From the IMG/VR virus record IMGVR_UViG_3300011008_000092: a stretch of DNA of 64,000 bases; one strand, 5' to 3'. Of the stretch, positions 26,901 through 34,285 are shown in pieces. Source of the DNA: an uncultured virus (IMG/VR IMGVR_UViG_3300011008_000092). Lineage: Duplodnaviria > Heunggongvirae > Uroviricota > Caudoviricetes. The position numbers were made by a program, and so were the translations under genes. The stretch's first letter is position 1; each line of letters opens with the position of its first letter. The notes below the pieces were generated by a model. The model saw only the letters and a list, made by a program, of their open reading frames with translations. It was not told where the DNA came from and made no database searches.

Positions 26901-29160
26901 GGGTGTTGGGGTCGTACTTGATGACGTTATGGTCACACTCGATCCATAGCTTATCCTTGCCAAAGGTTTTGTGGAAGGTGAACTCCTTTGGATATGTTTT
27001 TCCTTTGTAGGTGGCAACAATACAAATAACGGCTCTGTCTGCCGACATTCCCCATGTTGTCAACACGCCTGTAGTAGTATTGATACTGGCTAGCGGACTG
27101 GTCTGAGTGCCTACGCCACTGGTCTTGCTCCAATCTATAGCCCATGTCACTCCTGCGGTCTGCTGCTCCAGTCCTACAAAGAACTGTGCAGTAGTGGTGG
27201 GGAATGCCGTTCCTGACGGGATATTGCCGTGCTCGTCGGTAAACACGCTGTCGTTGTCGTTTGTCAGATTGATGGCTATAGCGTCCTGTCCTGCAACACC
27301 ATTGGCTATGTCGCCTACATTCAGAAGCACATCCCAGTCCTCGTTGGCATTCTCGTCAACGATGATATAGTCACCTTCTCCATTGAGCACATAGCCTGTT
27401 CCTGCTCCATTCAGCAGAAGTCCCAAAGGCGGGTTGCTGGTTTCCTTGTTGCTGACGAACACGGTTCCGCCTAGGTTTACAATACTGTTACCAGAATAGG
27501 GTACTTTGTTGCTTTGCCAGTGACCAAGGGGTTTGAGTCCCTGTGCATAGATATAGGCTACCCAGTGGTTATCCGTACCAGGCACACAGTTCACTCCGTC
27601 ATGTGATGTTCTTAACGGCTTATAGGTTCCTGTCTCGTCTTTCTCAGCATAGACACATCGCCATACGATGCCGTTATAATGCACGAGGTCGTTGTAATAA
27701 TAGTCAGCTGTTAGCGTAAACTCTCCTTGGTCTGGATATTCTTCCACTGGCCTTCCCCAAGAATCTACCTTATCCAGCGTCCCAGAGAAATAGATGCTGC
27801 CGTCAATCCAAAGGAAATAGTCCGTAGCATGGGCAGCCTTCTCACTCTCCGTACCATAGGCACTTTCGATGAGATTCATACCTCCAAGCTGCATACCTAC
27901 GTTATACAGGTGCTCATCCCATCCTGTCATCTGACGGAGCATACGGATATACTTCGTGGTGTAATAGGTACTGTTCTGACGTGTCCTGTCGCTGGCATTG
28001 GAATACTGTGCAACAGTCATCTGCGCCTGTGGATGGAAACCTCCCCTGATACCTGTTGACCTTACCTCTCCTGTTGTCTCATCTGGATCATGTGCCCAGC
28101 ATCCGTCTGAAGTACACGGCCTCAACTCATAGGTAATACGGTTGTTGATACCTCCATCGTTATAGACTCCTGTCACAACGAAATAACAGGTACAGAAGCC
28201 TTTGAACGTCCTGCCTCCTGCTCCGTCATCTGTAGTGGTTGTGTCGTTCTCTCCTGTGAGATTATGGAAAATACCTTTGCATTTGTCATTGACCTGCAAC
28301 GTTCCTGCCTCCCCATCCTCTAGATGCAGCCATAGCGTACCGGTATTGGCATAGCCTCCAGTGCCTGTCTCATCTGGTACTACACGCTCTACAAGTCCTC
28401 CTCCGTTGGTACGCCATTCGTCACCTGCCTTAACAGTAATCCTATTGAATCTCAATTCAGGCACTTCTAAGAAAGAGCGTACCATCAGACTCTCCAACTC
28501 TCCATTGCCCTCTGAGTCTATCCTGCCTCCCATACCTCCGATATAGCCCGAAAGGAACTGACCGAAATCTGCTCCTCCCATCAGCCTTGATATGGTTTTG
28601 GATGTCAGTCCCTGAAGGAAAGTGATATGACCGTTGGCTGTGTCATTCTCCGTCCTGGATAGTTTGTCGTTAAGAGCAAGGATGATGGCTGCATATAACT
28701 GCTCCATCATGTCGGTCACTCCTCTTTCTTCCAAGACGTTGCCAAGGGATACTGTCAGGTTGTTGTAGATGGTAATAGGGTCTAGCTCCACTTCTCCGTC
28801 ATCATTGGGGTATTCGTCTGCCTGATCATTGGAGTGGACTATCTCGAAAAGTCGCTCTATAAAGGTACGTATCTTATCTCCCTCGTACCTGCCAGTCAAT
28901 TCCAATGACCAGAAGCCACATTGCAGTGACCCCTCTATATGGAGTAAAAGCATGTCATTCCTGCTTGGGGCTATCTCCCATTCCATTTCATAACGCTGCT
29001 GATTCTCGTTTACGAGTCTGACCTGTACGTCGGTGGCGTTATTTAATGGGAATGGACCTGAGACGGTCTCGCCTCCACTGGTGACAAACTGCTTTAAGGG
29101 AACTAGTCCTTCAAAATCGTTTCCCTTTACTATCTTGGGTATTCTCCTTGCTCCTGCCAT
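20926..29160 (-). CDS. Giant modular tail fibre/tail protein (2744 aa)
   Basis: Repeated Trp/Pro/Thr-rich modules, collagen-like GEKGDKG linkers, APFRVTQAGKLIATNAEITG motif. Confidence 0.82.
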   Translation of the reverse strand: MAGARRIPKIVKGNDFEGLVPLKQFVTSGGETVSGPFPLNNATDVQVRLVNENQQRYEMEWEIAPSRNDMLLLHIEGSLQCGFWSLELTGRYEGDKIRTFIERLFEIVHSNDQADEYPNDDGEVELDPITIYNNLTVSLGNVLEERGVTDMMEQLYAAIILALNDKLSRTENDTANGHITFLQGLTSKTISRLMGGADFGQFLSGYIGGMGGRIDSEGNGELESLMVRSFLEVPELRFNRITVKAGDEWRTNGGGLVERVVPDETGTGGYANTGTLWLHLEDGEAGTLQVNDKCKGIFHNLTGENDTTTTDDGAGGRTFKGFCTCYFVVTGVYNDGGINNRITYELRPCTSDGCWAHDPDETTGEVRSTGIRGGFHPQAQMTVAQYSNASDRTRQNSTYYTTKYIRMLRQMTGWDEHLYNVGMQLGGMNLIESAYGTESEKAAHATDYFLWIDGSIYFSGTLDKVDSWGRPVEEYPDQGEFTLTADYYYNDLVHYNGIVWRCVYAEKDETGTYKPLRTSHDGVNCVPGTDNHWVAYIYAQGLKPLGHWQSNKVPYSGNSIVNLGGTVFVSNKETSNPPLGLLLNGAGTGYVLNGEGDYIIVDENANEDWDVLLNVGDIANGVAGQDAIAINLTNDNDSVFTDEHGNIPSGTAFPTTTAQFFVGLEQQTAGVTWAIDWSKTSGVGTQTSPLASINTTTGVLTTWGMSADRAVICIVATYKGKTYPKEFTFHKTFGKDKLWIECDHNVIKYDPNTQRYSPMSLQVRAYIKKGATGSVQEITEQSGLGYIRYSVNGQSNINAYHGSVITVGDNSFIGDHLILTLYSSDGTIEDVEDIPRVFDGLNAKTLLAEYSADGITWHSTYQDGDMWMHTKQEGDSQWGAAIKIVGEDGGSMRYDFAISKSKVSASSTTAPTNVSPAGWTDQPQAVTAEFPYLWMKMTPVDHDGTPTGAAKYVRLTGERGQSIYKSTVFIRSNSTPATPEGGNFDSPRPTTEGWADGIPATPAGHKIWASTRIFTSDGLSPQQAVWSAPQQQSDTATYEVEFSMSETQPAAPNNDNTADGNGQEALWYDPDKDASNPHAVWTQMNWRAERTCKNGVWGNWVISRIKGEKGDKGQSTFKSTVFKRSNTAPATPSGGSYNSPIPETSGWTDGIPATPEGQIIWASTRIFTSDGLSPQQAGWSTPRQQSDTATYNVRFSMSDTEPVAPTDSNTANGSGNEALWYDTIKDANNSHANWTRMQWRAERNCVNGVWGNWVITRIWGEKGEKGDKGDGFRSRGQWVTGTVAKVGDVFIFGDALYLTTQANEDVPPVMSLLLDGAGRRVLNGTGGYVIVDEATNTDYYTLWLRAPITIIDKYVEYAIGENGQTRPTTGWSKTEPTVEDGVYVWSRAVTVYSDGDKVEVYAVRRTGIDGNGIADSHQYFATTKDQLVMPDDDWRVTWYDHYADMPTPEHGSFVWSKTVITYDKGDIPQVSYMCGKIGQDGVGYLGTEEYYALSSSNQTPPGGWNHVDGSGRYVPQSPWNEARPTSSPNASTPYLWNFEISYDTEGNQRITEPICIGNFARGIAAILELYAISNESVLSNTVKTLNWTDEVYDAAPTDAKPYQWNKVITAYNDSTKTNGQWNEDTCDVHYHISAVKGSKGTRGNFKSTVFCRFNPTQQQARPATPTGGDYDHPVPDGWHDGAPAGAEILWSSSCTFYGGGGSSGWSVPAAQSDTSTLDLEFSPSNTQPNVPTGNTPFSNHESEGWYDPSSPNFSTAGLMIWRAERKVRNGQYEGSWVITRIYGEKGDPGDSFAYRGHWHTGVVASVNDVYEMAGNLYICKKDNTDVPPVMTLLKDGAGNRVLNGEGGYVIIDEAINSSYYDYFLEGLKQPEMPHIRSVLSVDEYYARGTTDNPSAPPSVPVLQDSGKVYFDEAVWSKDRPREATNAEYPYLWNFELTNFSDGTQSFSYPHCIGNFSDGIADLQNYYQISAKSEPEIGREYPSDILNWTTEIVVPTDAKPYQWNKEVVRMAGGGEKIYYHISSVKGAKGDASVRYYMIVHPDSITKNADNQFVKGNYVLVNMYRQSGSDVPVHLTDFNEVTLQISSDGTVSETWRMGGTYRLLLSTDVTRLVINLVSQVSGHIVDTKTVAVVTNGSQGLQGCVTRVTEWKANTEYRNDDGVDFSQGSQHAIGYIDVVARPDDVNATGWKFYRCLSTHTSGSSFSLTVNGTTVWEELSDAGPLYTSLLIAKNAYIKFGTGNQFVITSPGATKSSGTVSKPSGYTWQYNINNTSWQDYSGQGISKPGSGSVVFRLLEPNGAIISRAEVPTLPTSGFTLVVDKNYDTVLKSSDGVIGDTLSVIKAYIYGGQGSVPYAAGTWSITGTGCTLDSTGYDGNAKVIKVTGMSSDTATVTIKCTFAGVQKSYTVSLVRRQDSVKYAISVNPVAALTGTSYVYASLYSWTKGDKVVAGMRGTGISDDSVRIWAGSTSENDISTAPFRVTQAGKLIATNAEITGKIIATDGEFTGVIHARDGEFTGTITAKQGGNIGGFKVDYNLSLFAFSDGLDAGSRHNGHVDSLTIKPSGVTLTRGQYNNSTTISALQSSITIGPAAEISGDYHGNVRIVNRHSDASWPLLVNFGIYLDVQGARNWDDDPTFGNHALLIAKGNIAGFRKETRRVGSSQTLSIYDNNVFCTKENITLTLPNAPEDGQEYVIIPYGRVYITASGTDKIRHPNGSFYTNVSFGGYKHHWLIYDSVNKIWNADWGS

Positions 29161-29187
29161 AGTAAGTATATTGTGGGTAGGAATAGC

Positions 29188-29571
29188 CTACCTGATTATC
29201 ATGGGTTCTGTCATTACATAGATGCCACTCTCGTTAGCGGTGGCCGTTGCTTCTTCCTCCGTCTGTACCAACTTGAAGTACCTGTCCTGATAACTCCTGA
29301 TGGTACGCCCTCCTAGCTTTCCTGCTATCTTCAGTCCGTAATAGCCAGGAGTGGATGTGCCAGAGGATATGTGTACATCCATTGTCTGCCCTCTACCCTC
29401 AAAGGTTACGGGTATCAAGGTATTGTTCTCTCCCACCAAGGATACTTGAACACCACTGATTGATGATAGGTCTATCCCCTGACGAACAATACTGCCATCA
29501 CTGAGGTACGCTCTTATCAGCGGAACGCCAATAGTAATGTCGCCTCCGTTTAATATCTGCGGTGTCATCAT
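29188..29571 (-). CDS. Small tail protein resembling the N-terminus of the 2744-aa protein
   Basis: PQILNGGDI...GYYGLKIAG...IRSY vs PKIVKGNDF...GFWSLELTG...IRTF. Confidence 0.55.
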   Translation of the reverse strand: MMTPQILNGGDITIGVPLIRAYLSDGSIVRQGIDLSSISGVQVSLVGENNTLIPVTFEGRGQTMDVHISSGTSTPGYYGLKIAGKLGGRTIRSYQDRYFKLVQTEEEATATANESGIYVMTEPMIIR

Positions 29572-30179
29572 ATCCCTCGGCTTAATTCGTAGTACTTTTC
29601 TGCTGCATCTGGTTCCCGATGGGTTTCCAGATAGATGCCTGCTGCACGATAAAGAATACACTTCCTAGCCTCTTCTCTCAGTGCACAGGTAACGGAGGTA
29701 TTGGTATAGGTAGGCATTGGAACATAAAGGAAACGGGTAACAGGTTCGTTGGCCGACGTTCCATATACTTGAAGGATTTTGGTTGTGCCTGAGGTGGTCA
29801 TGATAGCTACTGGCTTGTATTTCGTGCCCATAGTCCACGCACATCGCTGCATCTTTGCCTTATCACTATCTGGAGGTGTCAGCTCCCTTAACTCAGTTCC
29901 CCATGAACGAAAGCTGACAGCAACAAACCTTAGCATGTCACTGGGTATGGTTATCCGATGGGTTCCTGTTCCTGCGGTGGCTGTTACAGACGGATCGTCT
30001 TTTAAGTCAATATGACTTTCGTCAAGCTCATTTAAAAGCTGTTCAACTGCACTGTTCACTGCCTGGGTCAACTCGGTATCCATATCGGTGGCAAAATCAT
30101 CGTTCTGAGCATCACCGATGATAATCTCATCGAGAGCTACATGCAACTCCCTCAGTATGTCGCAATATTCTATAGTCAT
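29568..30179 (-). CDS. Putative head-tail adaptor / tail tubular protein
   Basis: IPSDMLRFV...ILYRAAG pattern; position downstream of capsid gene. Confidence 0.5.
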   Translation of the reverse strand: MTIEYCDILRELHVALDEIIIGDAQNDDFATDMDTELTQAVNSAVEQLLNELDESHIDLKDDPSVTATAGTGTHRITIPSDMLRFVAVSFRSWGTELRELTPPDSDKAKMQRCAWTMGTKYKPVAIMTTSGTTKILQVYGTSANEPVTRFLYVPMPTYTNTSVTCALREEARKCILYRAAGIYLETHREPDAAEKYYELSRGI

Positions 30180-30234
30180 AGCTGTATCTTTTTTGTTCCT
30201 TACCTGCTAAAAATGAGCCTCCTGCCCTTGGAGG

Positions 30235-30666
30235 TTATTTTGTCTCGTATTTAAAAGTAATACCTTTCTCCCTGGCAAACGCCTCAACCTGTGACTGGGT
30301 GCGGATGCCGTTGGTTTCTTCCTTGTATTCTTTCTTCAGATAGTTTTTCAACTGAGAGAAGTTGGCGAATACAAGAATCTGCTGCTCTTGCTCAGTTTTC
30401 CCGACCTTCTGCTTTGGATTTTTTTCTGCCTCCTTTATCGTCACTGCGTCGGATGTCGGCTCACTGCTCTCAGGAAACTTTCCGTAAGCTTTTATATGAC
30501 CAGTCTGGAAGAATTTATGCCTTCTGATGGCATTGATAACGTCTTTGTCGGTTGTCTCAAAACTGGAAGAGGTACTGTTAGCGTTGGGGTCTGAGAAGCG
30601 AACAAGACGCTCCGTATTACCTACCCTAACCTTAAAAATCAATTGGTGTTCACTTGTAAAAAGCAT
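30235..30666 (-). CDS. Hypothetical virion-region protein
   Basis: 143-aa ORF after capsid gene. Confidence 0.6.
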   Translation of the reverse strand: MLFTSEHQLIFKVRVGNTERLVRFSDPNANSTSSSFETTDKDVINAIRRHKFFQTGHIKAYGKFPESSEPTSDAVTIKEAEKNPKQKVGKTEQEQQILVFANFSQLKNYLKKEYKEETNGIRTQSQVEAFAREKGITFKYETK

Positions 30667-30679
30667 AGTCTATCATATT

Positions 30680-30723
30680 AAAAAGGGGCAGGGTCTTGGC
30701 TTGTTGCCTCAAACCTGCCCCTT
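30680..30723 (-). terminator. Terminator after capsid gene
   Basis: AAGGGGCAGG/CCTGCCCCTT 10-bp stem, U tract on minus strand. Confidence 0.7.
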
Positions 30724-30749
30724 GGGTTCTTTATACTATGAAACAGATA

Positions 30750-32276
30750 CTAAGCTGCCTGTACTTCATCGGTTACACCAAGGGTGGCGTCGAAGGTAGG
30801 ACGGCTTACCCTTGCATGGGCATTGGGGAACTCCAACGTCCAGCCTGAGTACTCAGTCATCACAACAGCATCAGAGTTGCGGACAAACAGATTCTTCAGG
30901 TCGTACTCCTGACGATCCCAGTCACCGAATACCCACTTCTCCAGATACCTTGGGTCGAGACAGAAGCCCATACCGTCCATCTTCATATAGTTGAAGGAGT
31001 CGTGACGATAGATGAGAATCTTGGTGCCCATCGAAGAGAAACTCTCGAAATCGAGGTTCCAGTTACGATAGTTTGTCTCGTTCTGGAAAATAGTACGGTT
31101 ATCGGTCTTGATGTTTGCCAATGCCTGATAAATCAGGTTATCAACAAACAGAAGCTTGGTACGGCTGCCGTTACCTGCATCCTGGATAATCTGATTGATG
31201 AAGGCAGTGAACTCCTTCTGAGTGATAACATACTCGTAAACGGTCTTAGTGGTGTCACCGTCTTTGACTGTGATGGGGACTTTCTCACCATTGCTGCCAA
31301 TCTCAATCTTTGGCTGCCAGTGACCAATTTCCAAGTCTTTACCTGCCTCCCAGAAGATACCACCAGTGGTATAGATCTCACCACTGTCACTCCATGAGAT
31401 ACGACCTTTAACACCGAACAGTCCGCTACGTTCGATACCGCCTCGCATGTCATCAACGGCAATACGCTCCTGCTTGATGAAATCCCAGTCCACAACAGTC
31501 TTAAGCATCTGCTCAATCTTAGACTGCTCCACCTGCATGATGAAACGCTGGCAGTATTGCTCAGAAGGCTCTGGCATGGTGTAGTAAGAACCTGTCTTGA
31601 CATCACGCTCACCGGCTGCTCGTCCAAGCCTCAGCATTACTACGCCAGCCTCAATAGCGGGAAGGTCAAAGCGGTTGTCACTATTCTTCTTACCATTGAT
31701 GGCTACAACAATAGGATAACCAGCTGTAGTACGGCCTACCACACGTACCATCAGGGGATGATATGGGTCACGGGTCTCGCCATCAGCCTTGAAACCTTGA
31801 ACGCTTGGGAACAGGATGGTGTCCATGTTATCAAAGCACTTAGGATTAAGGGGCTTAATCTCATTACCTACACCATTACTGGTCGCTTCCACTGCTTGAT
31901 TGAGAGTGGTGGTAACTGGACGCTGGCCAATCCTGTAGTATTTGATAATCATAGAGTCTGCGTGACGACTATGTGATGCGCTACGCAAAATCTGATCAAT
32001 AGGGCAGGATTCAAGCTTCATCTCACAGATTCGCTTGTTAATCTCGCTCTGATAGTAGTCGAAGTCATGATGAACTTCCTCGGCAATCTTGCGAGAGTCC
32101 TCATGCCACTGTCCTCCCTGTGGGTTGTCTGAGCCAGAAGCTCCGTGACCGCCACCAGGAATCTCCTCTACACGATCAGTCAGAGCTGGCTCGTCTGCCA
32201 TCGCATAGACATTTCCACTGAAGATTGTGAGTGCTACTGCAAACACAAATCCAAACCACTTTTTGAATGTTTTCAT
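30750..32276 (-). CDS. Major capsid protein (probable)
   Basis: 508 aa; QYCQRFIMQVEQS, IERSGLFG and YTTGGI pattern; follows scaffold-like gene; own terminator. Confidence 0.72.
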   Translation of the reverse strand: MKTFKKWFGFVFAVALTIFSGNVYAMADEPALTDRVEEIPGGGHGASGSDNPQGGQWHEDSRKIAEEVHHDFDYYQSEINKRICEMKLESCPIDQILRSASHSRHADSMIIKYYRIGQRPVTTTLNQAVEATSNGVGNEIKPLNPKCFDNMDTILFPSVQGFKADGETRDPYHPLMVRVVGRTTAGYPIVVAINGKKNSDNRFDLPAIEAGVVMLRLGRAAGERDVKTGSYYTMPEPSEQYCQRFIMQVEQSKIEQMLKTVVDWDFIKQERIAVDDMRGGIERSGLFGVKGRISWSDSGEIYTTGGIFWEAGKDLEIGHWQPKIEIGSNGEKVPITVKDGDTTKTVYEYVITQKEFTAFINQIIQDAGNGSRTKLLFVDNLIYQALANIKTDNRTIFQNETNYRNWNLDFESFSSMGTKILIYRHDSFNYMKMDGMGFCLDPRYLEKWVFGDWDRQEYDLKNLFVRNSDAVVMTEYSGWTLEFPNAHARVSRPTFDATLGVTDEVQAA

Positions 32277-32335
32277 TGTGATAAAATTTTAAAAGAAAAG
32301 AAATAATTAAGTTACTAATTCACTGTCCTTACCTG

Positions 32336-32464
32336 TTATTTGATATTGGGTCTGTAAATAGACTGCCTGAGTCCTGCCTTGCGCTCGAAATCATCTACGC
32401 TGGTTTTGTCTCGTGGACCTTCTATCACATAACCGCCTCCGTTCAGATGTTCAAAGCTGCTCAT
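32336..32464 (-). CDS. Small protein (42 aa) between scaffold and capsid genes
   Basis: Manual translation MSSFEHLNGGGYVIEGPRDK...RPNIK*; ATG 2 nt after upstream stop. Confidence 0.45.
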   Translation of the reverse strand: MSSFEHLNGGGYVIEGPRDKTSVDDFERKAGLRQSIYRPNIK

Positions 32465-32466
32465 AT

Positions 32467-33252
32467 CTATATGGTATAAGCGTCCTTCATTGCGTCAAGG
32501 TGTCTCAGATTGGGGTCATCCTTCTTCTCTACAGGACGGCCACCACCTCCACCGATGACTGGCAGCTTGGTACGATTGTTATGCTTGTGCTGCTGCATGT
32601 CAATCTTCTCGTTCTTTCCTCTGACATAACCTTTCTGGTCAGCCTCAGCCATCTTAGCATCCCAATCTTTAATACGGAAGAGCTGAAGGAAATCATCCTT
32701 CTTCAACTCAAACCTGCCAGCTCTCCTGATAAAGCCATTCTCCTGATTGTATATCCAGTCCAGGAGTTCTTTTACCTCGTCGGGCTTCAATCCTGCTTCC
32801 TTGATAGCTGCATCCAGTTCGGCATCTTCTTGGGCTACCAACTCGTCTGCCTTGGCTTCAAAGTCTGCATCGTCCTGCTGTCGCTTCCTACGTGCATCAC
32901 GTATCTGCTTATACTTCTCTTTATTGGCAGGATTGCCTTCAATAAGGTCAATAACCACCTCTGGATAGTTTTCAAGGAGAAAGTCTCCCAGGTCGAAATC
33001 GCTGCCATCCTCATTCTTGCCTGTTGCCATGCCAGTGACAATACCTGCACTGTAAGGATTGGAAGCCAACATGTTATTAAACTCTTCCCGTTCTTTGTTG
33101 CGTTGGTCGAGAAGGTCGTAATCGGTTGAGATTTGACCACTTAGTGCCTCATCATCGTCGATGTTCAACTCAGGATAGCGACCTTTCATCATTTTGGTCA
33201 GCTTCTGACGGTTAGTCATAACATCTTGATTTTCAGTCTTTTCTTTTACCAT
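32467..33252 (-). CDS. Putative capsid scaffolding protein
   Basis: Acidic helical protein directly upstream of capsid gene; C-terminal Gly-rich tail. Confidence 0.55.
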   Translation of the reverse strand: MVKEKTENQDVMTNRQKLTKMMKGRYPELNIDDDEALSGQISTDYDLLDQRNKEREEFNNMLASNPYSAGIVTGMATGKNEDGSDFDLGDFLLENYPEVVIDLIEGNPANKEKYKQIRDARRKRQQDDADFEAKADELVAQEDAELDAAIKEAGLKPDEVKELLDWIYNQENGFIRRAGRFELKKDDFLQLFRIKDWDAKMAEADQKGYVRGKNEKIDMQQHKHNNRTKLPVIGGGGGRPVEKKDDPNLRHLDAMKDAYTI

Positions 33253-33277
33253 AACAAAAATCGATTTAAAATTTTTT

Positions 33278-33324
33278 CCAAAGATAAAAAGAATAGCCAG
33301 TTTATCACTGATAAATTACGCAAT
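33278..33324 (-). promoter_or_regulatory. Late promoter copy 3 (scaffold/capsid operon)
   Basis: ATTGCGTAATTTATCA-N22-TATCTTTG; divergent TAACTTTG on + strand at 33332-33339. Confidence 0.75.
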
Positions 33325-33380
33325 TGCTTAGTAACTTTGCCTCAGAAGGAGTTGTTTCACCGTAATATTACTATTGCCGT

Positions 33381-33806
33381 ATGCGTCACAAAAACAGTGT
33401 TTCACAGATCAATCTCGAAAGGGATAAGGAGCTATTGAGGATTTTCAGAAAGGCTACAGAGCTGGCTGGAAATCCTGCTACCTTGGTTCGTATCTTTACC
33501 ATCGCTGCCTGTCTGCCAGTGTCGAAGTTCTATATCTCAGACTACTGGGCTTGCCGTTATATCCATAACAGACTTAAAGGAAAGGCGAAGAAATTCAAAA
33601 ACAGACATAAACAGATTCTCTATAATGCGCTCTTTGCGGAATACTGTCAACTCAGTAAACGGGCGGAGAATCGAAATAAATCCTTTGAAACACTGGTGGA
33701 CATGGCTCTGGAACGACCTGCTCCTATTATCGGTCTGTCTCCTCACTCCTTAAAAGATATTATTCGCTATCGCCTGAACATCAAACAATACGATGAAAGA
33801 AAATGA
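33381..33806 (+). CDS. Basic helical protein, possible DNA-binding regulator
   Basis: Internal duplication PVSKFYIS / PAPIIGLS; basic; first gene of terminase operon. Confidence 0.5.
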   Translation: MRHKNSVSQINLERDKELLRIFRKATELAGNPATLVRIFTIAACLPVSKFYISDYWACRYIHNRLKGKAKKFKNRHKQILYNALFAEYCQLSKRAENRNKSFETLVDMALERPAPIIGLSPHSLKDIIRYRLNIKQYDERK

Positions 33807-34285
33807 AACAGCTCTATCTTATAGTAACATCACTGCTCTTGTTGGCAATACTGATTCCCTTTCACGAAAGTATGGCTGTTCATCCTGACGCTCCTCTGTT
33901 TACACATTTCGTTTACATGGCAGGACATGCCAATATACTTCACTGGCTCATCAATGCCTGGGCACTGTTCGTACTGCATAACCTCTTCACTGTTTCTCGT
34001 TGGATTGTGGCGTATCTATGTGCCGTCGTACTTAGTTTCTGCTATTATCCGGAACTCCCTGTGTTGGGGGCATCAGTTTTCGTATCATTCTTCTCAGGGT
34101 TTATGCTGATATGGTTGTGGAAACGGCATCGTCTCATCTTCTGGCAACTGCTGGCTCTCATCTGTATCGGATTCTTTATTCCACATATCGCTGCCATGTA
34201 CCATCTTGCTATGTTGCTGGCAGGTCTTTTGTTTAACCGTATAGAATGGCTTATTGCCGATTATAAATACTTCACGTCGAGATAG
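33803..34285 (+). CDS. Rhomboid-like intramembrane serine protease
   Basis: Multiple TM helices; HANILHWLIN, GAS (Ser) and downstream HLAMLLAG (His) motifs. Confidence 0.68.
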   Translation: MKQLYLIVTSLLLLAILIPFHESMAVHPDAPLFTHFVYMAGHANILHWLINAWALFVLHNLFTVSRWIVAYLCAVVLSFCYYPELPVLGASVFVSFFSGFMLIWLWKRHRLIFWQLLALICIGFFIPHIAAMYHLAMLLAGLLFNRIEWLIADYKYFTSR

